Origin: the human T2T-CHM13v2.0 reference genome, Homo sapiens
Assembly (NCBI RefSeq): GCF_009914755.1
Contig: NC_060936.1
DNA length: 64,000 nt
Direction: 5' to 3' (one strand)
A program made the translations under genes and the position numbers. Below the pieces are notes generated by a model that saw only the letters and a list, made by a program, of their open reading frames with translations, was not told the DNA's origin and did not search any database. Every line of letters begins with the position of its first letter. Within the stretch, counting starts at the first letter, position 1. This document shows, one piece after another, positions 48,999 through 64,000 of this stretch.

Positions 48999-49368
48999 TA
49001 CAGGTTGATTATCCCTTATTCAAAACTGGGGACCCAAAAGTGTTCTGAATTTTGGAATATTTGCAGTATACTGGTGGAGGATCCCCACTCCAAATACCTG
49101 AAATCCACAAAGTGTTCATTAAAAACAAAAAATCATTTATTTATTCTTTAGAGACAGGATCTTACTTTGTTGCCCAGGCTGGTCTGGAACTCCTGGGCTC
49201 AAGCAGTCCTCTCATTTTGGCCTTCCAAAGTGCTGGGATTACAGGCGTGAGCCACCGTACCCAGCCAAGGAAGTGTTCCAAGGTCCATTTCCTTTGAGCT
49301 TGAAGCTGGTGCACAAATTTTGGAGCATTTCAGATTTAAGATTTTTGGATTAAGGATGCTCAACCTAT
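48999..49368. mobile_element. Tigger4/MER46-like element split by FLAM
   Basis: TACAGGTTGATTATCCCTTA and TAAGGATGCTCAACCTATA termini. Confidence 0.7.
49136..49266 (-). mobile_element. FLAM
   Basis: Monomer inside Tigger relic. Confidence 0.8.
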
Positions 49369-49676
49369 ATTTAAGTTAAAACAATTATCACTAAGTGATT
49401 TTATATTGGAAGTAAATTATGTACCAATGCAACTATTTTTTTCCTGTGCCCTTAAGTCTTATAAAATATAAGACTTTGTAAGATTTAGTAGCTATTACAA
49501 ATTAATAAATTTATTAATTTTATTTGCCATTTCTGACAGAAGTGTTACTTTGTATCAGTTAACATCACACCCTTCAAAATTAGAAAGCTAAACATGACTT
49601 CTTTCTGAAGACAGTATAAATGTGGTTTGGAATTAGGAGTTTTGGGATGTATAATTTGTTCCTCAAAAAGGGCTGA

Positions 49677-50023
<347 letters not shown>

Positions 50024-50452
50024 AGCTTTGACTTTTTTGTAAGGTGTCTGTCACTTTAATTCTTATTATTTCCCCAGCTAAACTACTTAGGAAACTCTTT
50101 CAACTTTTTCTTAAGTGAAAAAAAATAGGCAACACTTAACCAACAAATGTAAGAGGAAGAGTTGCTTAATGTGCCTAAATAAGGTAAAGTGTTTTATTTG
50201 ATTGTATAGGGTTCACCTTGTTAAAGTTCTAGAATCTCTTTAGTGTTAATGGTATCATAGAACCTTAGATTGCATTGTTAATGATAGCAAGCTTTTCTTG
50301 CCAAATGAGTGTCTCTTTTTCCACTATGAGAGTTAGGAAGTTCCCGACTATTCTACTAGCTGAGTCTTACGTGAAAATATGCTGAAGTGTTATTTCTGAG
50401 TATGTCTCTGATCCATTTGTCACAAAAACTTGAGAATATTTTTTCTCAATAT

Positions 50453-51184
<732 letters not shown>

Positions 51185-53060
51185 CAGAAGGTGGAGATTT
51201 TAAGGGATTTCTTTTCCATTTTTCATATCTTTTTTTGTGTTCCTAGGTATGAGCATCTGGTTCACCCTCCTGTTTGATAAACTGAAGTCTAGAAAATTTA
51301 GTTTATACTTCTGGACTTTCCTTTTTTCATGTTACTCTTTAAAATTATTTTTAAATATATGACTATATTTTCGCTTTGAAATATTCAAATAAGTCAGAGG
51401 CATTAACATAGAAAGTTAACAGTTCCTGTTTCAACCTTTTCTCATCCTACTCTCCTGAAGTAGTCTTTGTTAATACCTTAAAGTATCCTCCCAGAATTTG
51501 TTCTGTATATTTCACACAGATAGAAACTTCATAAAAGTGTAAATGTCAGCATACTATATATACATGATGATTTTTCTGTGTGCATTGTCTGTTTCCCCAT
51601 CCATTTAATCTGCCTCATCCTATAACTCCAGAATAGTATCCCCCAAAGAATGGATATCCCAGGATATATTTGATAATTTTCCTATTTGTGAATATTTAGA
51701 TGCATACCCTCCCTTTCCTCCTCCCCTTCTCCTCCTTCTCCTTCCTCTAACATTATAAATAATACTGCTGTGAATATTCTTATGCATATTTTTGTACATT
51801 TATCTGTAGGCTTTAAAATTTTTCATCTCTGTACAAACAGTATAGAATTATCTCCCACCCTTTCTCAGCTCATCCTATCCCCATGTAAGCTTCTGTTTAT
51901 ATGCTGGTCTGATGCTTAACAGCTATTTCAGGAAAGGCCATCTTACTTAGGTTTTTGAAATCAAAACTTCCTTGGTGATCTTAATTACTTAAAAGACTGT
52001 TTCCTGACATAAGTCCATATCACAGTTGATTAACATAACACATCCGAGAGAGGCAGTAAAAGTAATGTGGAACCTTTATAATGTAGTGGCTAAGAGCGCA
52101 GTTTTCTGTTGTCAGACTCCTTGGGTTTCAGTTTCATCACCACCGGTTATTATTTGCCTCATTTGGGCAGTTATTTCACCACTTTCAGTTGTCTTATTCA
52201 CACAAATGGGCTTCTCATCCCAATGATGTAGTAGAATGTAGTTATATAATCTGTGATTTAGGGTGGTTGTAAGGATTAAGTTACAATATAAGGAGTTCCT
52301 AGTGTATAAGTGTTCCGTAAATGTTAGCTAAAAACAGGAAGATACATACCTATTTACATTTATGAATGAAGGAGTGATAGACTCTGATAGTGCTTGTCTT
52401 GCATTGCTGACCCATGATATTCTGAAGACTAATATTAATAAAAGGTCTACAGAAATAGAATAATATACACTATTGACCAGACTTATATATGTGAAAAGTT
52501 CTTAGGTCTAGAAGTGACTGTTTTTTACTTATTTTCATAATTAAAAAAATTTTTAAATGGTTTGAAATGGGTCTCAAGAATGGAATCTCAATTTATAACA
52601 TTATGTCTATGAAAAATGAGGCTTAACCTTAAATGTTTAAACTTACTTAGGAGTTAACTTAAGTCTCCCCTATATTCCCATAGGAATTTATTCAAGGATT
52701 ATGTCTTTATCATCTTCATGTACTTTTGGTCTTTTATGTGCTTTTTACATATAGAAGCACTCAGTTAATATTGTGAAATTGAGTTAGTGAGTCATTTCTA
52801 GGAGTCTCCATCACTACTCTGTTTATTTTTGTTCTCATCACTGCTCTTTAAAATTCCTGTATTATTTCCCGAATTTCTATGCCATGGTGTTTCAAAAACA
52901 CGCCAAAATGATCTTACAGTAAAAATGTGCTATTATGGGAATAGTTAGAAAGGATTGATTCCTCATTGTGTTTCATTTGTTCTTATTCTTAGATATTTTC
53001 AAGTGCATTTTCAATTCGAGCTCAGTATTTTCCTTAATGCTCATGAAAAAAAAATACTTA

Positions 53061-53223
53061 TTTTTTTGATTTTTTATAGAGATGAGTTCTTGCAGTATTG
53101 TCCAGGCTGGAGTGCAGTGGCTATTAACAGGTGCAGTCATAGCACCCTACAACCTTGAACTCCTGGGCTCAAGCCCAGCCTCCCAGGTAGTTGGGACTAC
53201 TGGCATGTGCCACTGCATCTGGC
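53061..53223 (-). mobile_element. FRAM/7SL-like Alu monomer
   Basis: GGAGTGCAGTGGCTATT...GAACTCCTGGGCTCAAG. Confidence 0.7.
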
Positions 53224-53547
53224 AAAAAATATAAATTTTAGGTGGAATTTAAATATTGAGACTTGTTGCAATTAGTCTGACATCTTTGTTTAAGTAGAAG
53301 ATCAAGATTGTGATTATCACGAATCTGATAAACTTTCATGCATTAACAAAGCAGAATTAATTCCAGTTTATGTTTGCTTGATTGAAGTGCTGTTAACTCT
53401 GAGAGGTATTTTTTTAAATAATACATTTATATATGAAATAATCAGAAACTTGGCCAAGTATGATAAGAAAATATATCTTAATATTTTAACATGTTAAAAT
53501 AGTACTCAATAGAAATTATGTGACTAACTTTATTTTTGCTGTTTTAG

Positions 53548-53646
53548 ATTATATATGAACAAGAAGGAGTATATATTCACTCATCTTGTGGAAAGACCAA
53601 TGACCAAGACGGCTTGATTTCAGGAATATTACGTGTTTTAGAAAAG
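53548..53646 (+). CDS. TBC1D15: TBC1D15 coding exon 2 (IIYEQEGVYIHSSCGKTNDQDGLISGILRVLEK)
   Basis: Branch point TGACTAAC 53521-53528, pyrimidine tract, TAG acceptor; 99 nt open; donor AAG|GTAAGT. Confidence 0.97.
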
Positions 53647-53800
53647 GTAAGTTTCTAGTAAATGATTTTATTTAATAATAGTTTATGGTAGTGATTCATC
53701 TTTGGAGAATTATCAGAAAGTTTGAATTTCATGTGTAAGATACAATTATGTAATTGAACAGTAATTGTAAATTTAACACCGAAATGATGTAATAGTCAAA

Positions 53801-54160
53801 CACACGCTCCTTGACTTATGATGGGGTTATGTCTTGATAAACCCATCATAAATTGAAGATATTGTTTATCAAAAATGCATTTAATACACCTAACTTACTG
53901 GACATCATAGCTTAATTTCCTTAAACGTGCTTAGAACACTTACATTAGCCTACAGTTGGGCAAAATTATCTAACATAAAGCCTGTTTTATAATCAAGTGT
54001 TGATTATCTCATGTAATGAATTGAATACTGTGCTGAAAGTGAAAAACAGTGTTTCTGTGGTTACCTGAAGTATGATTTCTACTGCATGTGCATTGCTTTT
54101 ACACCATCCTATTACAAAAAAATCCTGAGTCAAACCATCATGAGTCAGGGACCGTCTGTA
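53801..54160. mobile_element. MER47-like Tigger DNA transposon
   Basis: GCTCCTTGACTTATGATGGGGTTA...CATGAGTCAGGGACCGTCTGTA TIRs. Confidence 0.75.
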
Positions 54161-54406
54161 CTTTAGATAAAATGACATGGAATATTCTAAAACTTACGTA
54201 GAAGTTGTAGCAATATAAATTTTTCATGATGAAAAGTAGGCAGAATTTGAAAAATCTATGTAACATTTTTGATTTACATATGATGTTAGCATATTTAAAA
54301 TGTAGATATTTAAGAGGCTGAAATTTTATTTTGGGTTCAGGGAATAAAATAATTAAGAATAACATATTGCTGAATATTAAATATAGTTCATAATTTCTTT
54401 CTCTAG

Positions 54407-54481
54407 GATGCCGAAGTAATAGTGGACTGGAGACCATTGGATGATGCATTAGATTCCTCTAGTATTCTCTATGCTAGAAAG
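54407..54481 (+). CDS. TBC1D15: TBC1D15 coding exon 3 (DAEVIVDWRPLDDALDSSSILYARK)
   Basis: TTTCTTTCTCTAG acceptor; 75 nt open; donor AAG|GTATTT; continues frame. Confidence 0.96.
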
Positions 54482-55247
54482 GTATTTAAGAAAAAAATGT
54501 GTTACTAAGGGAATGCCATTTAAAAAATAACAGTATTATCCATATATAATTCACATACCATAAAATGCATCCTTTTAAAGCATACAATTCAGTGGTTTTT
54601 AGCATATTTACAGAGTTGTGCAGCCATCCACCAGTATCTAATTTTAGAACATTTTCATCACCCTCCAGAACTCTGTCAGCAGTTAACCCCTCATTTCACC
54701 TACTTTCAGTCACTGGCAATCACTAATCTACTTTCTGTCTCTAAGGATTTGCCTGTTCTAGACATTTCGTATAAATGGAGTCATGTAATAATGTAGTGTT
54801 TTTTTTTGTGACTGGCTTCGTTCACTTTGCATAAGGTTTTCAAGGTTCATCTGTGTTACATAGCATGTATGGTCCTTTTGTTTTTGATGAATAATATTGT
54901 GTATACCATTGTTTTGTCTAATAGTGTATATATCACAGTTTTATTCATCAATTGATGGACATTTGGGTTGTTTTCACTTTGGGGCTAATATATATAATGC
55001 TGCTGTGAGCATTCATGTGCAGGTTTTTTGTGTGAACATGTTTTTATTTCTCTTGAGTATATACCTAGGAGTAGAATTACTGGGTTTTATAATTGTGTGT
55101 TTAACATTTGGGGGAACTGCCACACTTTTTCAGAGCAGCTGCATCATTTTCTAATCCAGCAGTATATGAGGATTCCAATTTGTCTACATCCTCATCAACA
55201 CTTGTTATTATCTTTTTAATTTTAGTAAACCTAGTGGATATGAAGTT

Positions 55248-55770
55248 CTATTTGTTTCCTAGGGCTACTGTAAACAAATCATCACAAACTGGGTGGCTTA
55301 GAACAGTCTTAATTTATTGTCTCTCAGTTCTGGAGACTAGAAGTCAGCAATCAAGGTATTAGCAGGATTGGTTTCTTCTGAGGGCTGTTAGGGAGAATCT
55401 GTTGCCTGTCTGCTAATTTCTAGTAGCCTCAGACATTCCTTGGTTTGTAGATGGTGTCCTCTGTGTGTTTTCACATCATCTTCCATTTGTTCATGTCTAT
55501 CTGTCTGTTAATCCCCTTTTTATAAGGACATTAGTCATATTGGATTAGGGCCCATCCTGATAATCTCATTTTAACTTGATTACTTGTGTTAAGACCCTAT
55601 TTCCATTAGGTTGGTGCAAAGGTAATTGAGGTCTTTGACATTGCTTTAATGGCAAACACCGCAATTACTTTTGCACCAGCCTAACAAATCGAGTCACGTT
55701 CTGAGGTAATGGGAGTTAGGATGTTAATTTATCTTTTTGGGAGGGGGCGGCACAATTCAAACCATAACTG
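55248..55770 (-). mobile_element. MLT1-type LTR inserted in L1, itself carrying MADE1
   Basis: AAACTGGGTGGCTTA, GGATTAGGGCCCA, CACAATTCAAACCATAAC motifs. Confidence 0.72.
55606..55684. mobile_element. MADE1 (Hsmar1 mariner MITE)
   Basis: 79-bp near-palindrome TTAGGTTGGTGCAAA...TTTGCACCAGCCTAA. Confidence 0.92.
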
Positions 55771-55863
55771 AAGTTGTATGTCGTTGTGGTTTTAATTTAT
55801 GTTTTCCTAATGACTAATGTTGTTGAACATCTTTTCATGGGATTATTGGCCATGTGGTGTATA

Positions 55864-56695
<832 letters not shown>

Positions 56696-57251
56696 GTAGT
56701 TACTTGTCTTTTTATTGTTGAGTTGTAAGAATTCTTTATATATTCTGGATATAAATTTCTCATCAGATGTGTAATTTGCGGACATTTTTTCCCGTATGGT
56801 GGACTGTTTTTTCACTTTCTTTTTGGTATGCTTTGAAGCACAAACGGTTTTAATTTTCATGAAGTCAAGTTTATCTATTTTTTTTCTTTTGTTGCCTGTG
56901 CTTTTGGCGTGTCATATCCAGGAAACCAGTACCTAACTCAGGATTATGAAGATGTACTGCTGTTCTTCTGAGTTTTATAGTTTTAGCTCTTATATTTAGA
57001 TTGGTGATTTTTTTTTTCTTTCTTCCTCCCTTTCCCTACCTTCTCCTCGCTTCCACATCAAGTCTCCATCACCTGAGTAATGTACATTATACCCATTAAG
57101 TAATTTCTCATGTATGGTCCATTTTGAGTTAATTTTTGTGTATGATGTAAGATAAGGAATCATTTGAACAGATTTTTTTATTAAATGGTTGTACTTCTAA
57201 TTCTGTTATGTTTTTGTGCTTTTCATGTGTCTGTTCAATATTTTCTCATAA

Positions 57252-57570
<319 letters not shown>

Positions 57571-58285
57571 CTAAAGATTTTATTATTTATAAAATTCATT
57601 CTAATTCAAATTATACATTTTCCTACATAAATTCTGGGTTTTAGAAGTTTTATTATGGAAAACAGAGGTATCTCACTTTTCCACCAAATTTTCCATCTCC
57701 CAAGGCAATTATAAACCTTGTAGCTGTTTTTTTGATTAGTTACAGCCCTGTGTCTAAATAACATTCTTCTAACACTGCTATTTTTTTTTCCAATTTACAT
57801 ATGTGTGTTGACTCCTCACTGTGGAAGGTGGGGATTTAGCTCTGTTTTATCTGTGAATCACCTTGAAACTCTTGCTCAGTTGTCTACATTTCTTCTCAGA
57901 ATATTTAAACACATAGATTGTCTTCTAATTTCATTTTCTTAGATACTCTTATCCCAGAGCCTTCTCACAAGCTTATCCTGGACTGATTGCTCTTTTAGTT
58001 TGCAGTGCAGCAGCTTTCCTGGGGGTTCTTTTTTGCCTCTTTTCCATATTTTAATCCCTCTGTTTTTTGTATCCCATGCCAACCTCTGTTTTGATTTATT
58101 CCTTGTTTTGGTGCAGCTCCAGGGCTTCCTGAGAAAAAGAGTGCATGGGAACAAAAACATTTCTTTTTTTTGTTTTGTTTTGTTTTTGTTTTTAAAGACT
58201 TGGCTTTATTCTGAATTGGCCTGGCAGGCCAAGAATTACAGTTTGAAAGTAAATTTTCCCGTGGATTTTTTTTTTTTTTTTGAAG

Positions 58286-58588
58286 TTTTTTTGTTTTGTT
58301 TTTTTTGAGACAGAGTCTCTCTCTGTCTCCCAGGCTGGAGTGCAGTGGCAGGATCTCCATTCACTGCAACCTCTGCCTCCTGGATTCAGGTGATTCTCTT
58401 GCCTCAGCCTCCGGAGTAGCTGGGACTACAGGTGTGCGCCACCACACCCGACTAGTTTTTGTATTTTTAGTAGAGGCAAGGTTTCACCATGTTGGCCAGG
58501 CTGGTCTCGAATCCCTGACCTCAAGTGATCTGTCCACCTCAGCCTCCCAAAGTGCTGGAATTACAGACGTGAGCCACTGTGCCTGGCT
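58286..58588 (-). mobile_element. AluS
   Basis: TSD TTTTTGAAGTTTT. Confidence 0.9.
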
Positions 58589-58974
58589 GTTTTTGAAGTT
58601 TTGCCTCAGGTTTTCTACTTTCCTTTATTGATGTTAAGTCTAATGCATTCTAATTCCTGATCCCATGTTATGTGTGTGTGTGTGTGTGTTTTTTTTTTTT
58701 TTAAACCTCTCTAGAAGCTTTTAATTATTGTCTTTTTGTTTCTAGTTTTATGTTCTGGTTATGTGCCTTTGTGGATTTGTTTTTTTAATACATTGTGCTG
58801 GGTACTTGATGAGCTCTTTTAATATGGAAACTTCTGTCTTTTTTTTTTAATTCTGGGAAATATTTTTGATTTATTTTAGTGATGATTTCTTCCCCATTTT
58901 CTGTTTTCTTTCTTTCTGGAGCTCTACAATTTCTGGACTGGTCCTGTAATTTTAAAATCTTTTCTTTCCTGTTT

Positions 58975-59040
58975 TTCCTTCCTTCCTTCCTTCCTTCCTT
59001 CCTTCCTTCCTTCCTTCCTTCCTTCCTTCCTTCCTTCCTT
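58975..59040. repeat. (TTCC)16 / (GGAA)16 microsatellite
   Basis: Uninterrupted tetranucleotide run. Confidence 0.95.
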
Positions 59041-59874
59041 TCTTCTTTTTCTTTCTTTCGTATTTATTTATTGGTCTGTACTATTTTCTAGGAAATTCAC
59101 TTTTCTATTGCCTTTTTCATTTTTTGCTATAATTTCATTACTAAGACATCTTTCTTGTTCTGAGTGTCCTCGTGTCCCCTTTTAAAGGAATAGCATTAGC
59201 ATTCTGTTCTTTGTGGTTGTAATATATTTTCTTATTACTGAGGAGTTTAAGGATAGCTTCTTAGATGTTTTTCATCTCCCTATGTAGTCCATTTCCCTCT
59301 AGTGACCTTTTGCTCTGCCCCCACCTCATTTCATTTGAACTCTGTTTTCTGTAGATAACTTGTCTTTGATGTTTGTTGCTTATGTAGTGTGGGGCTCATA
59401 TTTAACAAATTTAAGAGCAGATGCACAACAGTGATTATATTCTCTGTAGGTATGGTTAGGCCTGGTAATAGTGAGACTCTTCCTGGGGTGCATGGCTAAG
59501 CTGTTTCCTTGGAGAATCCCTAATGTCAAAGTTCACGTCTTTTTGGGCTAGTAGATTTGACAAGAATCTGCAGATTCCTGCCTGGAAATGGTAAGCTTGG
59601 ATGGCAGTATTCTGGCAAATGAGTGGAGAAAAAGGGCTGGGAGTCTTGCCAACTTCTTTGTATAGGTTGACTTTCAGTTAATTCTCCTGATTTCAGTATA
59701 TTATTCCTTTGCTCATTGTGTTTGATTTTTCCTAATTTAGAGATAAATGATGTTTTCCAAAACTCCAGCCTTTTGGACTTAGTTGTCCTGTCTTCAGGTT
59801 GACCTTTAATCCTTATTTCCCTGATTATTGGCATGACCTACCAATTTGAGCCTTTTTGTATGCAGAGTTGGTAG

Positions 59875-60294
<420 letters not shown>

Positions 60295-60613
60295 TGAGGG
60301 TTGATTTAAAAAAAAAAAAACTAGTCAAACAAGAAATGACATTTGAGGAAGGAACTGGAAGAAAAAACAATCTATTTGATAATTTCATTTGTTCAGTTTC
60401 CCTACTGTTTTTCAGTCTGTTTCTATTTCTTACATCTTAATTTTTCTTGTGCCTTTATAGTTTCTTTTCATTCTTACTAATTTTCCTTTTCTCTTTTAAA
60501 AAAGAATTATACTATTGACACATGAATACAATCCTGTTGCAAAAGTTCAAGTAATAGAAAGTTGAAGCCCTGCTTGACTAGAGTCTTTTCCCTTACCTGT
60601 CTCTCTCTCTCTC

Positions 60614-60931
<318 letters not shown>

Positions 60932-61946
60932 TAATGTATATCTTTCCAGACTTTTACCTGTATGCATTTTATTTTTATGTATGTATGTGTTTAGAAAGAC
61001 CTAGTTTGTCCTCCTGTGTCAGTAGTAATGAGCACTGTCATCAGCAGTGTGAGATGGTCCATTTCCTCACGTTGTCTTCCATATTTGATATTATCTTTTT
61101 TAATTGAATGGGGCAAAAAATAGAAATCTGTCAACTTGCTTTTCATTGTTACTGAAGTTGGACATCTTTCTATGTTTATTACATTATATTTCTTCTTCTT
61201 TGACTTGCCTATTCATACCATTTGCCTGTTTTTCTGTTTTGATATTTGTCTATTTCTAAATAAATTAATAGGAGTTGTTTTGTAATCTGGACATTTTTCT
61301 TTTGTCATATATTTTAGAAAGATGTTGTAGTTGTGCTATCTTTAGCTAATATATGGTGTCTTTTGTTGTATAGAAATTAAATTTTTGATTTACTCAAACC
61401 ATATTGCATTTTAGACTTTTGGTTTTATTATCTTTAAAGATGGAAAATTCTATAGAACTATACCTGTGAATATGTTGCTTTTAGCTAATTTTGATTGCCT
61501 GTAAGAAATTATACAACCATTGATGGCTTAAATAGCCACCATTGGGCTCTTTTCTTTAAATAACTAAAAGTTTGGAGGTTGGGAGCTTTTTGCAGTGGTT
61601 CTCTTGCTTTTTATTTTATTTTTAGGCAGCATGGTTACATTCAAAGCAGGAAAAAGGAAAAAAAGGATGAGGCTTTTATTATGAAAGCAAAGCCATTTTC
61701 AGAGTTGACTTCTGCTTATATTTCATTGGCAACTCTGACTGCAGGGGAGTCTAGTCAAGCTTCTCTTCCTTTTTTTTTTTTTTTTCATAAAGATGATCAA
61801 GAGAGAAAAGTATAGGAAATGGTGTTCAGTTTTCCCACCAGTGATGTCGTCTGCAGCCTGCCTACAAACATTGAAGCTAAGATGATATGGATTGAAATTA
61901 AATTTGTTTTAGACTTTAAATATTTTATATGTTATAATTATTTTAG

Positions 61947-62085
61947 GACTCCAGTTCAGTTGTAGAATGGACTCAGGCCCCAAAAGAAAGAGGTCATCGA
62001 GGATCAGAACATCTGAACAGTTACGAAGCAGAATGGGACATGGTTAATACAGTTTCATTTAAAAGGAAACCACATACCAATGGAG
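61947..62085 (+). CDS. TBC1D15: TBC1D15 coding exon 4 (DSSSVVEWTQAPKERGHRGSEHLNSYEAEWDMVNTVSFKRKPHTNG)
   Basis: TTTTAG acceptor; 139 nt open; donor GAG|GTATGA (phase 1). Confidence 0.96.
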
Positions 62086-62544
62086 GTATGAATTAAATCT
62101 TTTGAAATCTTAAACTGATTTGCTACAGTATACTAATAAACAAAAATGCAAAGAAGATTCGTGAATGCTCCTCAGTGAGAAGGATGATTAATTTCTTTGG
62201 TTAATAGGTATAAATCTCATATTTTAGTTATATTCCCTTTTCATCTCTGTTTTATTGGTTGTGGCTTCAAAAAAATATTTTAAAATACTTGCTCTATTTT
62301 ATAGTTATTAATGGCAGAAAGTAGAACCACTTTAAAACATTCCTTTGGCTGTCCTTCATGCACATTTTTCTTAATTTAGTAGAATTATAATAATCATGTT
62401 ATTTTATCCTAAAGTAACAGAGGGAGATGGAGTATACCACTAAATCATACCATTCTAATTTCAGCATCTTGCTGGACTCTTCATGGCTCATTGCAGTTTT
62501 CCCTTAATATGTGTTGAGTGACTATTCTCCTTTCTACATATATA

Positions 62545-62793
62545 CCATCATGTGCCACATAACAGCATTTCAATGACTGATCGCCTATATGTCAGTGGTC
62601 CCATAAGCCCATAAGATTATAATGGAGCTGAAAATTTCCTGTCACGTAGCGACATCATAGTCTTTGTACGGTCACAGTGCAGTGCATCACCTTTTCTACA
62701 TTTAGACGTGTTTAGATACACAAATACTTAGCATTGTGTTACAGTTGCCTGTGGTATTCAGTATAGTAATATTGCTATATAGGTTTGTAGCCC
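62545..62793 (+). mobile_element. Tigger3a/MER7-like fragment
   Basis: GTGGTCCCATAAG...ATTATAATGGAGCTGAAAA; contains 8-bp duplication CCCATAAG. Confidence 0.7.
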
Positions 62794-62864
62794 AGAATTT
62801 CATAAAAGAAAGAAGCTTTACATGAATGAGAAAAGCATAATCTGACAATAAAGATCACTTTATT

Positions 62865-63024
62865 AGTGGTTCTCAGCCTTGGCTGCACATTGAAATCACC
62901 TGGGTAAGTTAGATTTTTAAAAAATACTACCCAAAATCAGACTCTGGAGATATAGCCTGGGCATCTGTGCATTTTAGAAGGTCTTCAGATGACTTTAATA
63001 TGTGGTCAGAGTTGAGAACTTCTG
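62865..63024. mobile_element. MER5-type hAT relic
   Basis: AGTGGTTCTCAGCCTTGGCTGCACATTGAAATCACCTGGG...TTGAGAAC. Confidence 0.7.
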
Positions 63025-63113
63025 TGTAGCTGTGTAGCTTAGCAAAAAACGACAGATGTAATCCTGCTTATGGCTTGACCACAGACTTTATTTTGTAGTT
63101 ATTAAAAGTTAAA

Positions 63114-63418
<305 letters not shown>

Positions 63419-64000
63419 TTAAGGAGGCATTTTCTAAGCCCGTGGGTTCATTTCTAAGCTTGAGGGTTTATTTTGAACCCTCAAGCTTAGAAATTCCAGA
63501 GGTTTTAAATGTATTTCATTACGAAACTTTCTTATTTTCTAAAAGTTTTTTTCCCCCCAAAGAAAAAGCTTTTGTTTTTCTTACCTTTTACCCTTCTCAT
63601 TTTTAACTTTGTACTTTTTTCTTTTTTGTGTGAGGCACAAAGCCAATTTGGGACAAACCTTTAAAAATTGACTATCAGACTTATTTAATTATATTTCTTA
63701 AGAGCATTTTGCTTTATATTTCATAAGAGTTTCTACTGCTACATCCTTTGTTATTATATACCAGACAAGTTAAATGTTTTGGAAATATTCCTTCCAAGAA
63801 CATCAGACTGTCTCATGTTTGTTCTAGAGATCCATCCAAATAAAATTTGTCCTTGATGTTAATTCTATTTAAGGCATATAGAGACTTACTGAACTGTTCT
63901 GCTCTTACAAGAAGAGTAGAGTTGTTTGTTCAGTTCTTCTGCTATTATATTTAGTATTCTCATGTTAGTGTGTTGGAGATAGTTTTTACATGTATTTGGT

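Overview
Primate (very likely human, chr12q21.1 from memory) genomic DNA, repeat-rich. Bases 1-~21,000 are intergenic. The 5' part of TBC1D15 (RAB7 GTPase-activating protein) lies on the + strand: CpG-island promoter ~21.0-21.55 kb and coding exons at 21260-21289, 53548-53646, 54407-54481 and 61947-62085, splicing into MAAAGVVSGK-IIYEQEGVYIH...KRKPHTNG; the gene runs off the right edge. Also present: a processed MRS2 pseudogene (minus strand, intron 1), a 5'-truncated CHMP3 retrocopy carrying a tailless 5S rRNA insertion, a full LTR-int-LTR MaLR (MST-like) element, old L1M copies, ~42 Alus, DNA-transposon relics and STRs. The most interesting structure is in the 32-kb intron 1: a 92-nt L1-derived cassette exon (42883-42974) and a candidate 40-nt exon (36041-36080). 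Each alone stops the canonical frame, each ends in an ATG in frame with exon 2, and together (132 nt) they give an open frame with a 44-aa insertion. This is read from splice signals only; usage needs RNA data. Repeat subfamily names and boundaries are by eye and approximate. Almost all ORF-track entries are Alu/L1 artefacts.
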